From: a bacterium
Lineage (GTDB): Bacteria; UBA8248
Assembly: GCA_965200245.1 (NCBI GenBank)
Contig: CBDATS010000004.1
Span: 640,001-704,000 of the forward strand
Direction of reading: 5' to 3'
Length of the DNA stretch: 64,000 bases
Position 1 is the first letter of the stretch. Each line of letters begins with the position of its first letter. Under the pieces are notes generated by a model. It did not search any database, was not told the DNA's origin, and saw only the letters and a list, made by a program, of their open reading frames with translations. Positions 10,158 to 20,983 of the stretch are shown piece by piece. The position numbers and the translations under genes were made by a program.

Positions 10158-12531
10158 CTACTCCAGCACGTCCCTGCACGCCTGCTCGATGTGTGCCTGG
10201 CCGATCTGGAGGGCGTCGTAGACCTCATGGGGAAGGCCGCTCTGGCCAAACTGATCCGTGCCGAGGCATCTTTGCTCAGCCCCAAGCGCACCACCGAGAA
10301 ACGAGAGCGCGAGCGAGTGGCCGTCCAGTACAGAGACGATGGGATTATCGATGTGCGCATTGCCCACCATCATCTCGAGACGTGACAGGCGGCCTGCTTT
10401 TTTCGCCTTTTTGTGCTCGGCGTATATTCTGTCCGCGCTCGTTAGCACGAAAACGTTCGCGTATACACCCTCATCCAGCAGCGAGCGGGCGGCGGTAATG
10501 ACTTCGGGCGTCATCACCCCGCTCACGAAGAGGTTCACCGCATTCACACCCGCGCGGTAACCGGGTTGGTCCCTGGCCGAGTGGAGCAGGTAGCCGCCTT
10601 CCAGTGTATTTCGACGCAGCACCTCGCGCTTCATCGGGTCCTGAAGCCAGTCTTCCGGCAGGAGATTCTGATCGATCGACTTCGTGCTCAGGCGAAGATA
10701 GAAGGCCGGGCAATCGCCCTCGCCCAGAACACGGCCGATAGCCGAGAGAAGCAGCCACTCCACCTCGACGGCGAAGGTCGGTTCGCAGGCTTCGAGCCCC
10801 GGCATTTCCAGGGATATGGCGGGCGTCAGGATACTCTGGTGCGCGCCTCCTTCCGGGGACAGGCTCGTGCCGCTCGGCGTCGCCACCACGATGAAGCGCC
10901 CCCCGTTATAAACCGCGTAGCGAAGTGCATCGAGACAACGGCTGATGAAAGTATCGTAGACCGTACCGATCGGGCAGATGCGCACCCCGCAAAGCTCCCT
11001 CGAAACGCCGAAGGCGGCGAGCAGGAGCATAAGGTTGTTTTCCGATATCCCCAGTTCGATGTGCTGGCCCGCAGGCGATTCCTCCCACTTGAGGAGCCTT
11101 TGCACCTGCTGGAGGGCAAAGAAATCCGCCTTGCCTTCCGGGTGATACACGCCGCGCCGGTTGATCCACCCCCCCCAGGTTTGTGCTCACCGCCACGTCG
11201 GGCGAGGTCGTGACGATGTGGCGCGCAAGCGCATCCTCCCTTGCCAGGCGCGCCATGATGGCGCCGAATGCCTCCTGCGTGGAAATGTCTGAGGCGAAGT
11301 TCGAGCCCATTTCCTCGGGTACGGGGTCGGGGATTATCTCTTCCCTTTCGAGGGTGGCCCGTGCATCGTAGCGCGCAACAGCCGCCTCGACCGCGCGGGC
11401 TTCCGCGCTTCCCGTCACGAGGGGCGCGAGCTCCTCTCCCTCATTCAGGCCCGTGGAATCGCGAAGTTCCGCGATTTGGACGCCGGTCAGGAGTTGGGAG
11501 TGGTTCATCGGATCGCCCGCGATGGGAAGTCCCCAGCCCTTGATGGTGTAGGCGAGGATCATCACGGGCTTGTCCTGAACGCCGTCCGCCTCCTCCAGGG
11601 CTTCCAGGATACACTCGATATCATGGCCCCCAAGGTCCGATAAGAGGGCGGGTAATTCCTCGTCCGCGTAGCGGTCCAGAAGTCCCTCGAGGCCCCTGTA
11701 ATCGTCAACCTCACCGCGTGTGAGGCCCTCTCTTATCTCGCGCCCATTTCTCCCGATGAGACTCTGGTACTCGCCGTTCGACATGTCGTCGATGCGTCGC
11801 CTCAGAGACTCGCCGTTTCGAAGCGCAAAAGCGGCTTGCAAGCGCTTTCCGTACTTGAGTTCCACCACGTGCCAGCCGTGCAGGCGAAACTGATCGCGAA
11901 TCTGCTGTGCCTTGCCGTCGGGCACGACACGGTCGAGACTCTGGCGGTTCAGGTCCACCACCCAGATGACGTTGCCTAGGTGCGCGACGTATTCCTCCGC
12001 CAGTGCCTCCCAGATGTTTCCCTCATCGAGTTCGGCATCCCCCACCAGGGAGATGAAACGCTGCGGCGGACCTTCGCCGAAATGATCGTCGATATAGGAC
12101 TGCATGAGCGCGGCGAACGAGGCGGCGACCGAGGGTAGCCCCAGCGAGCCGGTGGTGAAATCGACGGGGCATTCATCCTTCGTGCGACTCGGGTAGGCCT
12201 GCAAGCCTCCGAAGGCGCGGAGGTCGTGCAGACGTTCCATCGGCAAATCGCCCCTCAGCGCATGGGCCGCGTGAAGGGCGGGCGATGCCTGGGGCTTGAT
12301 GGCCAACCTGTCCCCCGTCTTGAGCCAGCGGAAGAACATGGCCGTCAGCAGGCTCACCACCGAGGACGAACTCGCCTGGTGACCGCCTATCTTGATCGCC
12401 TTGGAACCCGGGCGCAGGTTATTCGCGTAATGCACACTGTAGGTGGAAAGCCAGAGCAGCCGCTTCTCGATGCGGCGCAGAATGTCTGCTTCGTCCTGTT
12501 CAACGGCGTTCGTTTCTGGCGGAGGGTTCAC
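10158..12531 (-). CDS. aceE: Pyruvate dehydrogenase E1-like (AceE type), split by a +1 frameshift in a G8 run at 11169-11176
   Basis: GGHQASSS, GDAELDEG, NRQSLD, TSPDVAVSTNLGG|WIN, ELGISENNL, EGGAHQS; removing one G joins the two ORFs. Confidence 0.85.
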
Positions 12532-12566
12532 GCCGGTCTCTCCCTCGGGAGTCCGGGGTCAGTGGA

Positions 12567-13277
12567 TTATCCGCGCACCCCGATGTGAAGCTCGGCGATG
12601 CCGCCCGTCATGGGGCGATGGCTCACCTCGCGAAAGCCCGCATCACGCATCATCAACGAGAGCCTCTCTGCTTCCGGAAATTCATATACCGTGTTTGGAA
12701 GATAAGTATACGCGCTTCGGTGTGCGGATACGAGCCTCCCCACCACCGGAAGGAGCAGCCGGAAATAAAACAGATACAACAACCCGAACAAACCCTCCGG
12801 GTGGCCGAATTCCAGAACCACGAGCCTGCCGCCCTCTTTCAATACGCGCCGCATCTCGGCCAGGCCCGCTTCCCTGTCCTCGAAATTCCGCAGGCCGAAC
12901 GCGATGACGACACCATCGAACGCGGCATCCTGAAAAGGAAGTCTCAGCCCATCCCCCTGAATCAGGGCCAGGGGAACACCCCGCTTCTCCGCTTTCGCCT
13001 TTCCGCGCACAAGCATGGGATAGGCGAAATCAACACCGACGATGATCGCCCCACCTCCCGCCTGTCGATGCACTTCCAGCGCGACATCCGCCGTTCCCGT
13101 TGCCAGATCAAGAAAGCGGGCATCCGTTCCACCCGAATCGTTCAAGAGACCAGCCACGGCGCGCGCGCGCCAGAGGCGATCCACACCGAAACTCAGAAGG
13201 CGATTCAGGAGGTCGTACGTGGGCGCGATGTCCGAGAACATCGCCTGAACCTGCTTTTTCTCGATGCGGGTCGGCAC
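12567..13277 (-). CDS. menG: UbiE/MenG quinone C-methyltransferase
   Basis: MFSDIAPTYDLLNRLLSFG, LDLATGTAD, AFGLRN. Confidence 0.92.
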   Translation of the reverse strand: MPTRIEKKQVQAMFSDIAPTYDLLNRLLSFGVDRLWRARAVAGLLNDSGGTDARFLDLATGTADVALEVHRQAGGGAIIVGVDFAYPMLVRGKAKAEKRGVPLALIQGDGLRLPFQDAAFDGVVIAFGLRNFEDREAGLAEMRRVLKEGGRLVVLEFGHPEGLFGLLYLFYFRLLLPVVGRLVSAHRSAYTYLPNTVYEFPEAERLSLMMRDAGFREVSHRPMTGGIAELHIGVRG

Positions 13278-13285
13278 GGGCGCAT

Positions 13286-14164
13286 TCAGCCTGCGCGGAT
13301 GAGCACGTCAGTGATGGCACCCGCCGCGATGACGACGGACACCCAGGCGTTCAAATTGAAAAACGATATGTCCACGCGGCTCAAGTCGTCGGGCCGCACG
13401 ATCCAGTGCTCCCAGAAGAGGAGACATCCCGCAACCACAAGCGCTATCCAGTAGAACGGTCCCGAGCCGAACGCAACACCCGCGACAAGGAAGCAGGCCA
13501 TCATCCCCAGATGAGCGAGCACAGAGACGATGAGCGCGCCTTTCACGCCCAGAAGGCACGGCAGGGAATAGATGTTCTCCTCGCTGTCGAAATCCACGTC
13601 CAGACAGGAGTATATGAGGTCGAAACCTCCCACCCAGAGGGTGACGCCCAGGAAGAGCAAGACGGCCACCAGGCGCAGGTCGCCTCGAACGGCCACCCAT
13701 GCCCCCGCAGGCGCACATCCCAGCACGAAACCCAGGAACAGGTGCGTCCAGGAGGTGAAACGCTTGGAAAAGCTGTAGAAGACGATACAGGCCGCGACGG
13801 CGAAAGAAAGCACGAACGCCAGGGGATTCAGCATCCAGGCGGAGAATATGAAGAGTGCCAGAAAGCCCGCCAGCATCAAGAGGATGGATTTCGAGTGGAG
13901 CAACGCCTGAAACTCGGCGCGGTCTTTCGTCCTCGGATTTCTGGGATCGATATCCCTGTCGGCGAAGCGGTTGAGTGACATGGCGAAATTGCGCGCACTC
14001 ACCGCCGCAATCACCATCCAGAACAGCACCCAGGCGGAAGGAATCCCACATTCGGCCATCACGCCGCCCATCAGCACGAATGGAAGACCGAAGATGGTGT
14101 GTTCGAACTTCACCATGCGCAGGAGTTGCCTGAAACTTCCGAGCACCGATACTTCAGCCGCCAA
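13286..14164 (-). CDS. UbiA-like prenyltransferase (MqnP type)
   Basis: KFEHTIFGLPF, NRFADRDIDPRNPRT, GFDLIYSCLD. Confidence 0.88.
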   Translation of the reverse strand: MAAEVSVLGSFRQLLRMVKFEHTIFGLPFVLMGGVMAECGIPSAWVLFWMVIAAVSARNFAMSLNRFADRDIDPRNPRTKDRAEFQALLHSKSILLMLAGFLALFIFSAWMLNPLAFVLSFAVAACIVFYSFSKRFTSWTHLFLGFVLGCAPAGAWVAVRGDLRLVAVLLFLGVTLWVGGFDLIYSCLDVDFDSEENIYSLPCLLGVKGALIVSVLAHLGMMACFLVAGVAFGSGPFYWIALVVAGCLLFWEHWIVRPDDLSRVDISFFNLNAWVSVVIAAGAITDVLIRAG

Positions 14165-15617
14165 GGCCGTACTCCTCCCACCGCCTCGTGACGCGTTCCT
14201 TTATCTCGTCCGTCATCACGATCTCGGGCGGCCATTCGCGTTCGAAACCCTCGGACGCCCACTTGCGCGTACCGTCCACGCCCACCTTGCTGCCCACGTG
14301 GAGACGCGGCGCGGCGTGTTCGAGTGCGTCCACGGGGCCGTCGACGAATACCATGTCGCGCCTCGGGTCGATGCTGCCGAGCACCTTCCAGGAGACCTCG
14401 CTCATGTCGTGCACGTTCACGTCCTCATCCACGATCACGATGACCTTCGCCAGCGCCATCTGGCCCATTCCCCAGAGGGCATACATCACTTTCCGTGCGT
14501 GGTAGGGATAGGCTTTCCGGATGGAGACGATCACCATGTTGTGGAACACGCCCTCGGCGGGCATGTGCACATCCACGATTTCGGGCAACTGCATCTTCAT
14601 CAGCGGCAGGAAGATGCGCCCCGTCGCGCCGCCGAGCCAGTAGTCTTCCATCGGCGGGCGGCCCACGATGGTGGTGGGGTAGATGGCATCCCGCTTTCTC
14701 GTGATGGCCGTGACGTGAAAGACGGGATAATCGTCCGCCAAGGAATACCAGCCCGTGTGATCGCCGAAAGGTCCCTCCTCCCTCAATTCGCCCGGGTTCA
14801 GGTAACCCTCCACCACGATGTCCGAATCTGCGGGAACCTCCACGTCCACCGTCCTGCACTTGACGAGTTCGGCGCTCTTCCGCCTCAGGAAACCGGCCAG
14901 GTTCAATTCATCTATCGCGGGCGGAAGCGGCGCACTTGCCGCATAGACGTAGACGGGATCACCTCCCAAAGCTATCGCCATCTCCATGCGCGCGCCCATC
15001 TTCGAGCTTTCCTGAAAGTTCTGCGCCCCGTCGTGATGGAGATGCATGTGCATACCCGCGGTCGTCTCGTCAAAAAGCTGTACGCGATAGAGGCCCACAT
15101 TGCGCCTGCCCGTCCGGGGGTTTCGTGAGTAGATGTGCCCGAAAGTAATGTAACGTCCTGCGTCCTCGGGCCAGCATTTGATGGCGGGAATCGAGAAGAG
15201 GTTCGGGTTTTCAGTCTCCACGATCTCCTGGCACGGGGCCGTGCCCACCGTTTTTGGGGAGAAGGATGCGAGCCGCGCGAGCTTGGGCAGCATCTTCACC
15301 TTCTCGATGATACCCTGGGGCGGCTTGATCTCCAGAAGCTCGGCCACCTCGTCCGCAACCGCTTCCATACTATCGACGCCCAGGGCCATTTTCATTCGCG
15401 CATCCGAGGCATAGGCGTTGATGAGGACGGGAACGCCGTATTCTTCGCCACCCGGGCCGACGGGTTTTTCGAACAGAAGTGCCGGGCCGCCGTTTTTCAC
15501 CGAGCGGTCGGCTATCTCGGTGATCTCGAGTTCCAACTCCACCGGTACCTTGACGCGGCGCAGTTCGCCCGCCCGTTCCAGGGAATCGACGAAATCTCTG
15601 AGGGAAGCGTACGCCAT
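14154..15617 (-). CDS. UbiD-family decarboxylase (menaquinone, MqnL type)
   Basis: EGPFGDHTG, VGRPPMED, EITEIADR. Confidence 0.92.
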   Translation of the reverse strand: MAYASLRDFVDSLERAGELRRVKVPVELELEITEIADRSVKNGGPALLFEKPVGPGGEEYGVPVLINAYASDARMKMALGVDSMEAVADEVAELLEIKPPQGIIEKVKMLPKLARLASFSPKTVGTAPCQEIVETENPNLFSIPAIKCWPEDAGRYITFGHIYSRNPRTGRRNVGLYRVQLFDETTAGMHMHLHHDGAQNFQESSKMGARMEMAIALGGDPVYVYAASAPLPPAIDELNLAGFLRRKSAELVKCRTVDVEVPADSDIVVEGYLNPGELREEGPFGDHTGWYSLADDYPVFHVTAITRKRDAIYPTTIVGRPPMEDYWLGGATGRIFLPLMKMQLPEIVDVHMPAEGVFHNMVIVSIRKAYPYHARKVMYALWGMGQMALAKVIVIVDEDVNVHDMSEVSWKVLGSIDPRRDMVFVDGPVDALEHAAPRLHVGSKVGVDGTRKWASEGFEREWPPEIVMTDEIKERVTRRWEEYGLGG

Positions 15618-15630
15618 TTTTTCCGGGAAA

Positions 15631-15918
15631 CTACTCGATGACCCTGGGGACGCGGAAGTGGCCCTTTGCAAAATCGGGTGCCATCTTTTCCATATTCTCG
15701 ATGGGGGACTCGGTGACTTCGTCCTCGCGGAACACGTTCACGATGTCGAGGACATGCGAAGTGGGCTCCACATCCTCGGTGTCCACCTCGTTCAACTTGG
15801 CGATATGCTCCAGAATGGCGCCCAGCTGTTCGGTGAACTTCCCGATCTCGTCCTCCTGCAGTTCCAGCCTCGCCAGTCTGGACACGTGGATCACGTCTTC
15901 ACGCGATATGGACATCAT
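15631..15918 (-). CDS. gatC: Asp/Glu-tRNA amidotransferase subunit C
   Basis: HVSRLARLEL, VEPTSH, FRED, FRVPRVIE. Confidence 0.95.
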   Translation of the reverse strand: MMSISREDVIHVSRLARLELQEDEIGKFTEQLGAILEHIAKLNEVDTEDVEPTSHVLDIVNVFREDEVTESPIENMEKMAPDFAKGHFRVPRVIE

Positions 15919-15936
15919 ATTCTCCTCCTGCTGCCC

Positions 15937-18246
15937 TTATACCGCCGGGTTCTCGCCTGCGTCAACGCTCTCGTCGGCGGGCGAGAGTGACGCGTATTTC
16001 AAGACCAGTTTCCTGGGTCCCACCTTCTCGAACTCCACGTTCACCACCGTGCGGTCTCCCGTCCCTGTACGCGAGGAGACTATGCCGAAACCGAATTTCC
16101 CGTGTCGCACGCGCGCGCCGGGCGCAAAGGGGCCGAACGCGGCGGGAGGAATGGCAGGCGTATCCTTCACTTCGCCGCGAGGGGAAGCTTTCGCATCGGA
16201 CAGGATATCTTCATATCGCGAATCGGCGGGATCCCGCGGCGTTCTGAACCTGCGCGGAGCGTGCCTCCTCCTTGGCGTATGATCTCCCACGCGTCTGATG
16301 ACTTCAGGCCCGATTGCATCCATGAACCGGCTCGGGCGCGACGCCCAGCTCTCTTTCGCGCCATTCGGCCGCCGTTCTTTCGCCCAGGACAGGTACAAGA
16401 CCTCTTTCGCGCGCGTAACGCCTACGTAGAGAAGCCTTCTCTCCTCATCCAGACTGGCCGGCTCATCCAGCGAACGGTTGTGCGGAATCAGCCCATCCTG
16501 CACGCCCACGACTCCCACGGCGGTAAACTCCAGGCCCTTCGCCGCATGAAGCGTCATCAGGGAGAGCGCACCGTTTTGGCCTGACAACTCATCCGCCTCG
16601 CCCATGAGCGCCAGTTCCTCCAGAAACAGGGTCCTGGCCTCTTCCGATTCGGGCGAGAGGGCTTCTTCCTTTCCCAGTCGCATCTCGAACGCTCGCGCTG
16701 CGGCGACAAACTCATCCGCACCCTGCATTGCGCGCGCTGCGGCGCGACGTCGATCGGCGGATGCGCTCTCTCTTACAGAACGCGAAAGCCAGGCCCGATA
16801 ACCCGTCCGATCGAGCGTCTCCTCTATCAAACACGAAGGACCCGCTTTCAGGGCAGCGAGATACCCGAGCGTCTCAAGCAGTTTTCCGATACCCTGCACA
16901 GCACTTCCCCTGATACGTCCCCCGTCCAGAGCGGCCCGCACATTGGCGATCGTCAATCCGGTCGCGCCTTCCTGCGCAATGGCCTTCAGGCTCGCGGGTC
17001 CCAACCCCCTTGGCGGGCGGTTCACGATACGCGAGAATGCTACGCTGTCATCGGGCCGTATCAGCACCCGCAGGTAGGCGGCCAAATCCTGTACCTCGGT
17101 GCGGTCGAAAAACCGTTGTCCCTTCACCACCTGGTATGGAATCTCTCGCCTGCGGGCAGCTTCTTCCAGAGGGCGCGACTGCGTGTTGATTCGGTAGAAG
17201 ACGGCAACCTCCTTCCAGGGGATCGCGCCGCCCGCCCCCGCCTCGATCAGGCGATCGATAACGCCTTCCGCCTCTTCTTCCGGGTTCGTCGCCGCCAGAT
17301 AACAGACGGCCTCACCGGCGGCCTTGCGCGTGAAAAGCCTCTTTTTGCGACGTTCCCCCGCTTTATCCATGATACGCGAGGCGAAGTTCAGTATCGCACC
17401 GCTCGATCGGTAATTCTCCTCCAAGCGGAACACCAGTGAGCCGGGAAACCTGCGCTCGAAATCCAGGATGTTCTCCACCCGCGCACCCCGCCAGCCATAG
17501 ATTCCCTGATCGTCATCCCCCACCGCGAACACGCGCCCGTGAAGGCGCGAGAGCAGAGCCACGAGTTCATCCTGCACAGGGTTGGTGTCCTGGTATTCGT
17601 CGACGAGTATTTCCTGAAAGCGACCCTGGTATTTCCGGAGAACCCCGGCATGGCGCCGGAACATCTTCAACGGACGCGCCAACAGGTCTTCAAAATCCAG
17701 CGCGCCCGCCTCGGCCAGGGCGCGCTCATAGACAGGCGCGATTCTCCGGGCGATGGCGTCGATACTGAAGGGAAGCGGCTCGGAGTCATCCGTCTCCGCC
17801 AGAGATGTCTTGCGGCGTCCTATCCGTTCCAGAACCGAGCGGGGCGGGTAGCGCTCCTCGCTGATGTGTGCCGCAGCCATACACCGTTTGACGAGCGTCA
17901 GACACTCCCCGCGCGAGCAAATGGTGAAGTCGCGAGGCAAACCCGCATTCTCGGCTTCCGCTCTCAAAATCCTTGCGCACACCGCGTGAAAAGTGCCCAC
18001 CCAGATGCCGCGCGCACCCTCACCCAGGGATCCGAAAAGGCGTTCTCTCATCTCGCCCGCCGCCTTGTTCGTGAACGTAATGGCGAGTATCTGATTCGGA
18101 ACCATGCCTTCACCGAGCAGTCGGAGAATGCGGTGGACAATTACCCGCGTCTTGCCCGAACCGGCGCCCGCCAGCACGAGGTTCGCGCCCGGCGGTGCAA
18201 GCACTGCCTCTTTCTGTCGGGGATTCAGATATTCCAGAAAGTCCAC
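15937..18246 (-). CDS. pcrA: UvrD/PcrA ATP-dependent DNA helicase
   Basis: AGAGSGKT, TFTNKAA, VDEYQD, LHAAKGLEF, EERRLLYVGVTRA, C-terminal Tudor-like RVRHGKFG; start approximate. Confidence 0.93.
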   Translation of the reverse strand: MDFLEYLNPRQKEAVLAPPGANLVLAGAGSGKTRVIVHRILRLLGEGMVPNQILAITFTNKAAGEMRERLFGSLGEGARGIWVGTFHAVCARILRAEAENAGLPRDFTICSRGECLTLVKRCMAAAHISEERYPPRSVLERIGRRKTSLAETDDSEPLPFSIDAIARRIAPVYERALAEAGALDFEDLLARPLKMFRRHAGVLRKYQGRFQEILVDEYQDTNPVQDELVALLSRLHGRVFAVGDDDQGIYGWRGARVENILDFERRFPGSLVFRLEENYRSSGAILNFASRIMDKAGERRKKRLFTRKAAGEAVCYLAATNPEEEAEGVIDRLIEAGAGGAIPWKEVAVFYRINTQSRPLEEAARRREIPYQVVKGQRFFDRTEVQDLAAYLRVLIRPDDSVAFSRIVNRPPRGLGPASLKAIAQEGATGLTIANVRAALDGGRIRGSAVQGIGKLLETLGYLAALKAGPSCLIEETLDRTGYRAWLSRSVRESASADRRRAAARAMQGADEFVAAARAFEMRLGKEEALSPESEEARTLFLEELALMGEADELSGQNGALSLMTLHAAKGLEFTAVGVVGVQDGLIPHNRSLDEPASLDEERRLLYVGVTRAKEVLYLSWAKERRPNGAKESWASRPSRFMDAIGPEVIRRVGDHTPRRRHAPRRFRTPRDPADSRYEDILSDAKASPRGEVKDTPAIPPAAFGPFAPGARVRHGKFGFGIVSSRTGTGDRTVVNVEFEKVGPRKLVLKYASLSPADESVDAGENPAV

Positions 18247-18262
18247 GGGTACGTTTTTCGCC

Positions 18263-19039
18263 TTAAAACCTTCGGCGGCCCACGCTCGGCCTGGGAGCAC
18301 GGATGAGCGTTCGCTCAGGGTAGATCCCCTTGGTTACCGTCACATTGGGCGCGATCCAGCAACCCGGTCCAAGCAGCACGCCGGGGGAAGTCACGGCGTT
18401 ACATCCGAGTTCGACGTCATCGCCTATGATGGCGCCCAGTTTCGAGAGACCGGTATCAATGCGTTCCTCCCCGGTGCGAAGGACGATGTTTTTCGTCTCG
18501 CCCGTTTTTTTCTCTTTTTCTGTCCTGAGTTCGAGGTTCGCCAGCTTGACGCCCGCGCCCAGGTTCGACCCCGCACCCAGGATACTGTCTCCCACGTAGG
18601 CGAAATGTCCCGCGTGCGCTCCGTCCAAGAACGCGCTGTTCTTGACCTCGGTCGCATGGCCCACGACGGCGTCGGGACCGATCAGGCAGCCGCCCCGCAA
18701 ATACGCTCCATGTCTGACTTCCGCACCCGCACACAGCACCGTCGGTCCCTTGATTACGACGCCCGGTTCCACCCGCGCGCCGGCTTCGATGACCAGGCCG
18801 ACAGATGTGATTTTGAGGTTTTCTTCCAGTGCGAGCAGCCCCTCGCTCACCACCAGGCCGTCTTCCACGCGCAGGGCGGAGGCTTCGCTCAATGGCACAT
18901 CCATCTCGTCCACGACTTTCCGAACGAAATCGCCCAGCAGGCCGACCGCCTCCCAGACATTGCATACGCCATCAAGGAAGGAGGCATGGGGGAATTCGCC
19001 GAGCTTTCGGAAATAGGTTTCCGGGGTCGTCCCGTTCAT
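18263..19039 (-). CDS. Hexapeptide-repeat acyltransferase (GlmU C-terminal-like)
   Basis: RHGAYLRG, EVKNS, HFAYVGDSILG, NLGAG, KLGAIIGD. Confidence 0.82.
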   Translation of the reverse strand: MNGTTPETYFRKLGEFPHASFLDGVCNVWEAVGLLGDFVRKVVDEMDVPLSEASALRVEDGLVVSEGLLALEENLKITSVGLVIEAGARVEPGVVIKGPTVLCAGAEVRHGAYLRGGCLIGPDAVVGHATEVKNSAFLDGAHAGHFAYVGDSILGAGSNLGAGVKLANLELRTEKEKKTGETKNIVLRTGEERIDTGLSKLGAIIGDDVELGCNAVTSPGVLLGPGCWIAPNVTVTKGIYPERTLIRAPRPSVGRRRF

Positions 19040-20967
19040 CTTTTCATATCCAGATACCACGCGCCCAAAGATGTGATGTTTACATCCCCTGCATCCTTGC
19101 ACACAAGTCCGCCGCGCAGTGCCTCTTTTCTTATGGCTGCCCCGTGTACCGGCGCACCGAAACGGGCAACTGCGTCTGTTCCGAGAAGCGCATCGACCGC
19201 CAGGGGGTCCATCCCGCGCTCGCGCAAGGCCTCCAGCAAGGAAACTTCCGCCCGCGCACCGGGAGCGACGTCATTCTTCATGCGGCCGAGAATCTCCCGC
19301 AACACCTCTTCCCCCATGGCGGAGAGCTTCTCCCGCCACTCCACGGGACCTCTCAACACCACGCCAGTTCTGTTCTCCGTGCCTGAGTTTCTCACATAAA
19401 CCGCGCCCAGCGGTCCTCCGGTCCCGTCTTCCAGAGCGAGATACATGACGCCGGGATCGTCATCGAGCGGCGCGAAATTCCAGAAAGCCGCACCCGAAAA
19501 AGCCGTCCTAGCAGATTCCATCAGTCTCCCGGCGATGGCCTCCCACGCCTCTGTTCCCGGCGCGAAGCGGCTGCGTTCCACGTGATAGGCATAATAAGAC
19601 CTCTTAAACCCTCGGGGAAACGGTGCTGCGACAGCCGCATACGCCTCTTCGGGTTCTGCATCCTCGAAAAGGCTCCGCACCGCGGCACTGGTGTTGAGAA
19701 AACCCTTGAGACCGTCTCCCGCCGCGAATCTCCGCCCCTTGCCCAACGCGTTCACGAGCAGACCCGGCGCAACCGTATGGCCTGATTCCTCGCCACCCAG
19801 AGCGAAACGATCTCCCCATTTGCGCACCTCGTTCAGGATCCACTTGTCCCCCACGGGGGTGAAGACGACACGAAGCCCTGTCTCGGCCAGGGCCGCTGTC
19901 GCGCCCGAATCGCTCTCTATGGTGGCGGCGGCCACTTGCCCATCGGGAAGTTCGCCCTCGCGCTTCAGAAAACGGGCCTGCAGGACGAGCGCGTCGTCAC
20001 CATCAATGACGTGAAGCGCGTCCCGAAACGGGTTGTAGACGAGGGTGTAGCCCCTGTCGCCGTCGGCATCCAGAATGCAGGCCACCGCAAGGCCGTCGCC
20101 CCTGCGGAGTTCCCCGCGCCGCGCGCGACCCGTTTCGAGGAGGACACGCGCCCCTGTGTGCCCGGCGATGAAATCGGTGTCATCTCCTTCGATGACGCGT
20201 CTGCCCTCTAGCGCGACCACACCTCCATTTTCGTTCACGCGGCCATCGCCCAGAGTGTTCACCTCGTTCACGTCCAGCGGGCACAATTCCTCGAGAACCT
20301 GTGTGGCCAGCCCGCTCCACGCCCCCGCCGCCGGGTCCACGACGAGGCTCCATCGGGAAAGGTCACCCTCGCGCAGCCAACAGTTGGGAAGTCTTGTGAC
20401 ATAGTCCACATAAAAGGCGCGCGCCTCGGCCGCTGCTTCCACCCCCTGGCCGTTCCCGGGTGTCTGTGCCACCGAATTCCAGTCGCTCGCCCAGACGCGG
20501 TCGCTGAGCACAGCATCTTCCTCTGGAAGGGGTTTCATCGAATCAGGAGAAATCAGGATTTTTACACCGTTTTGTTCCCCGGGATTGTGAGAGGCGGTGA
20601 GAACGACGGCGCCCGCCCCGCCCACGCCCGCCAGATAGGCCGCCGAGGCAGGGGTGGGCATCACACCGAGCGAGAGCACGTGCGCCCCTGTGCGCAGGAG
20701 GCCGTTCACGCATGCGGCGATATGTTCTCCTTCCACGTCCCGGGGGTCCCAGGCCAATACCACAGCCGCCGGCGAGACGAGCTGTTCGGAGGCCCTCTCC
20801 AAGAGCCATTTGCCGGCCTCGAAGACGTAATGCTCGACAAAGCGGGGGGTGAGAACGCCCTGCTGCACGAAGGCAGTGCGCGCCTCGATTCCCGTCGCCT
20901 GCGGGTGCTCTTCATCCACGGCGAGGCCGCGAACCCCGTCCGTTCCCTGAAACTTCGCGTTTGACAT
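19036..20967 (-). CDS. glmM: Phosphoglucosamine mutase-like phosphohexomutase
   Basis: GTDGVRG, TASHNP, DADGDR, VGDKW, GGEESGH, RNSGTE. Confidence 0.8.
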   Translation of the reverse strand: MSNAKFQGTDGVRGLAVDEEHPQATGIEARTAFVQQGVLTPRFVEHYVFEAGKWLLERASEQLVSPAAVVLAWDPRDVEGEHIAACVNGLLRTGAHVLSLGVMPTPASAAYLAGVGGAGAVVLTASHNPGEQNGVKILISPDSMKPLPEEDAVLSDRVWASDWNSVAQTPGNGQGVEAAAEARAFYVDYVTRLPNCWLREGDLSRWSLVVDPAAGAWSGLATQVLEELCPLDVNEVNTLGDGRVNENGGVVALEGRRVIEGDDTDFIAGHTGARVLLETGRARRGELRRGDGLAVACILDADGDRGYTLVYNPFRDALHVIDGDDALVLQARFLKREGELPDGQVAAATIESDSGATAALAETGLRVVFTPVGDKWILNEVRKWGDRFALGGEESGHTVAPGLLVNALGKGRRFAAGDGLKGFLNTSAAVRSLFEDAEPEEAYAAVAAPFPRGFKRSYYAYHVERSRFAPGTEAWEAIAGRLMESARTAFSGAAFWNFAPLDDDPGVMYLALEDGTGGPLGAVYVRNSGTENRTGVVLRGPVEWREKLSAMGEEVLREILGRMKNDVAPGARAEVSLLEALRERGMDPLAVDALLGTDAVARFGAPVHGAAIRKEALRGGLVCKDAGDVNITSLGAWYLDMKR

Positions 20968-20983
20968 CGCGGGAGGTACGCCC

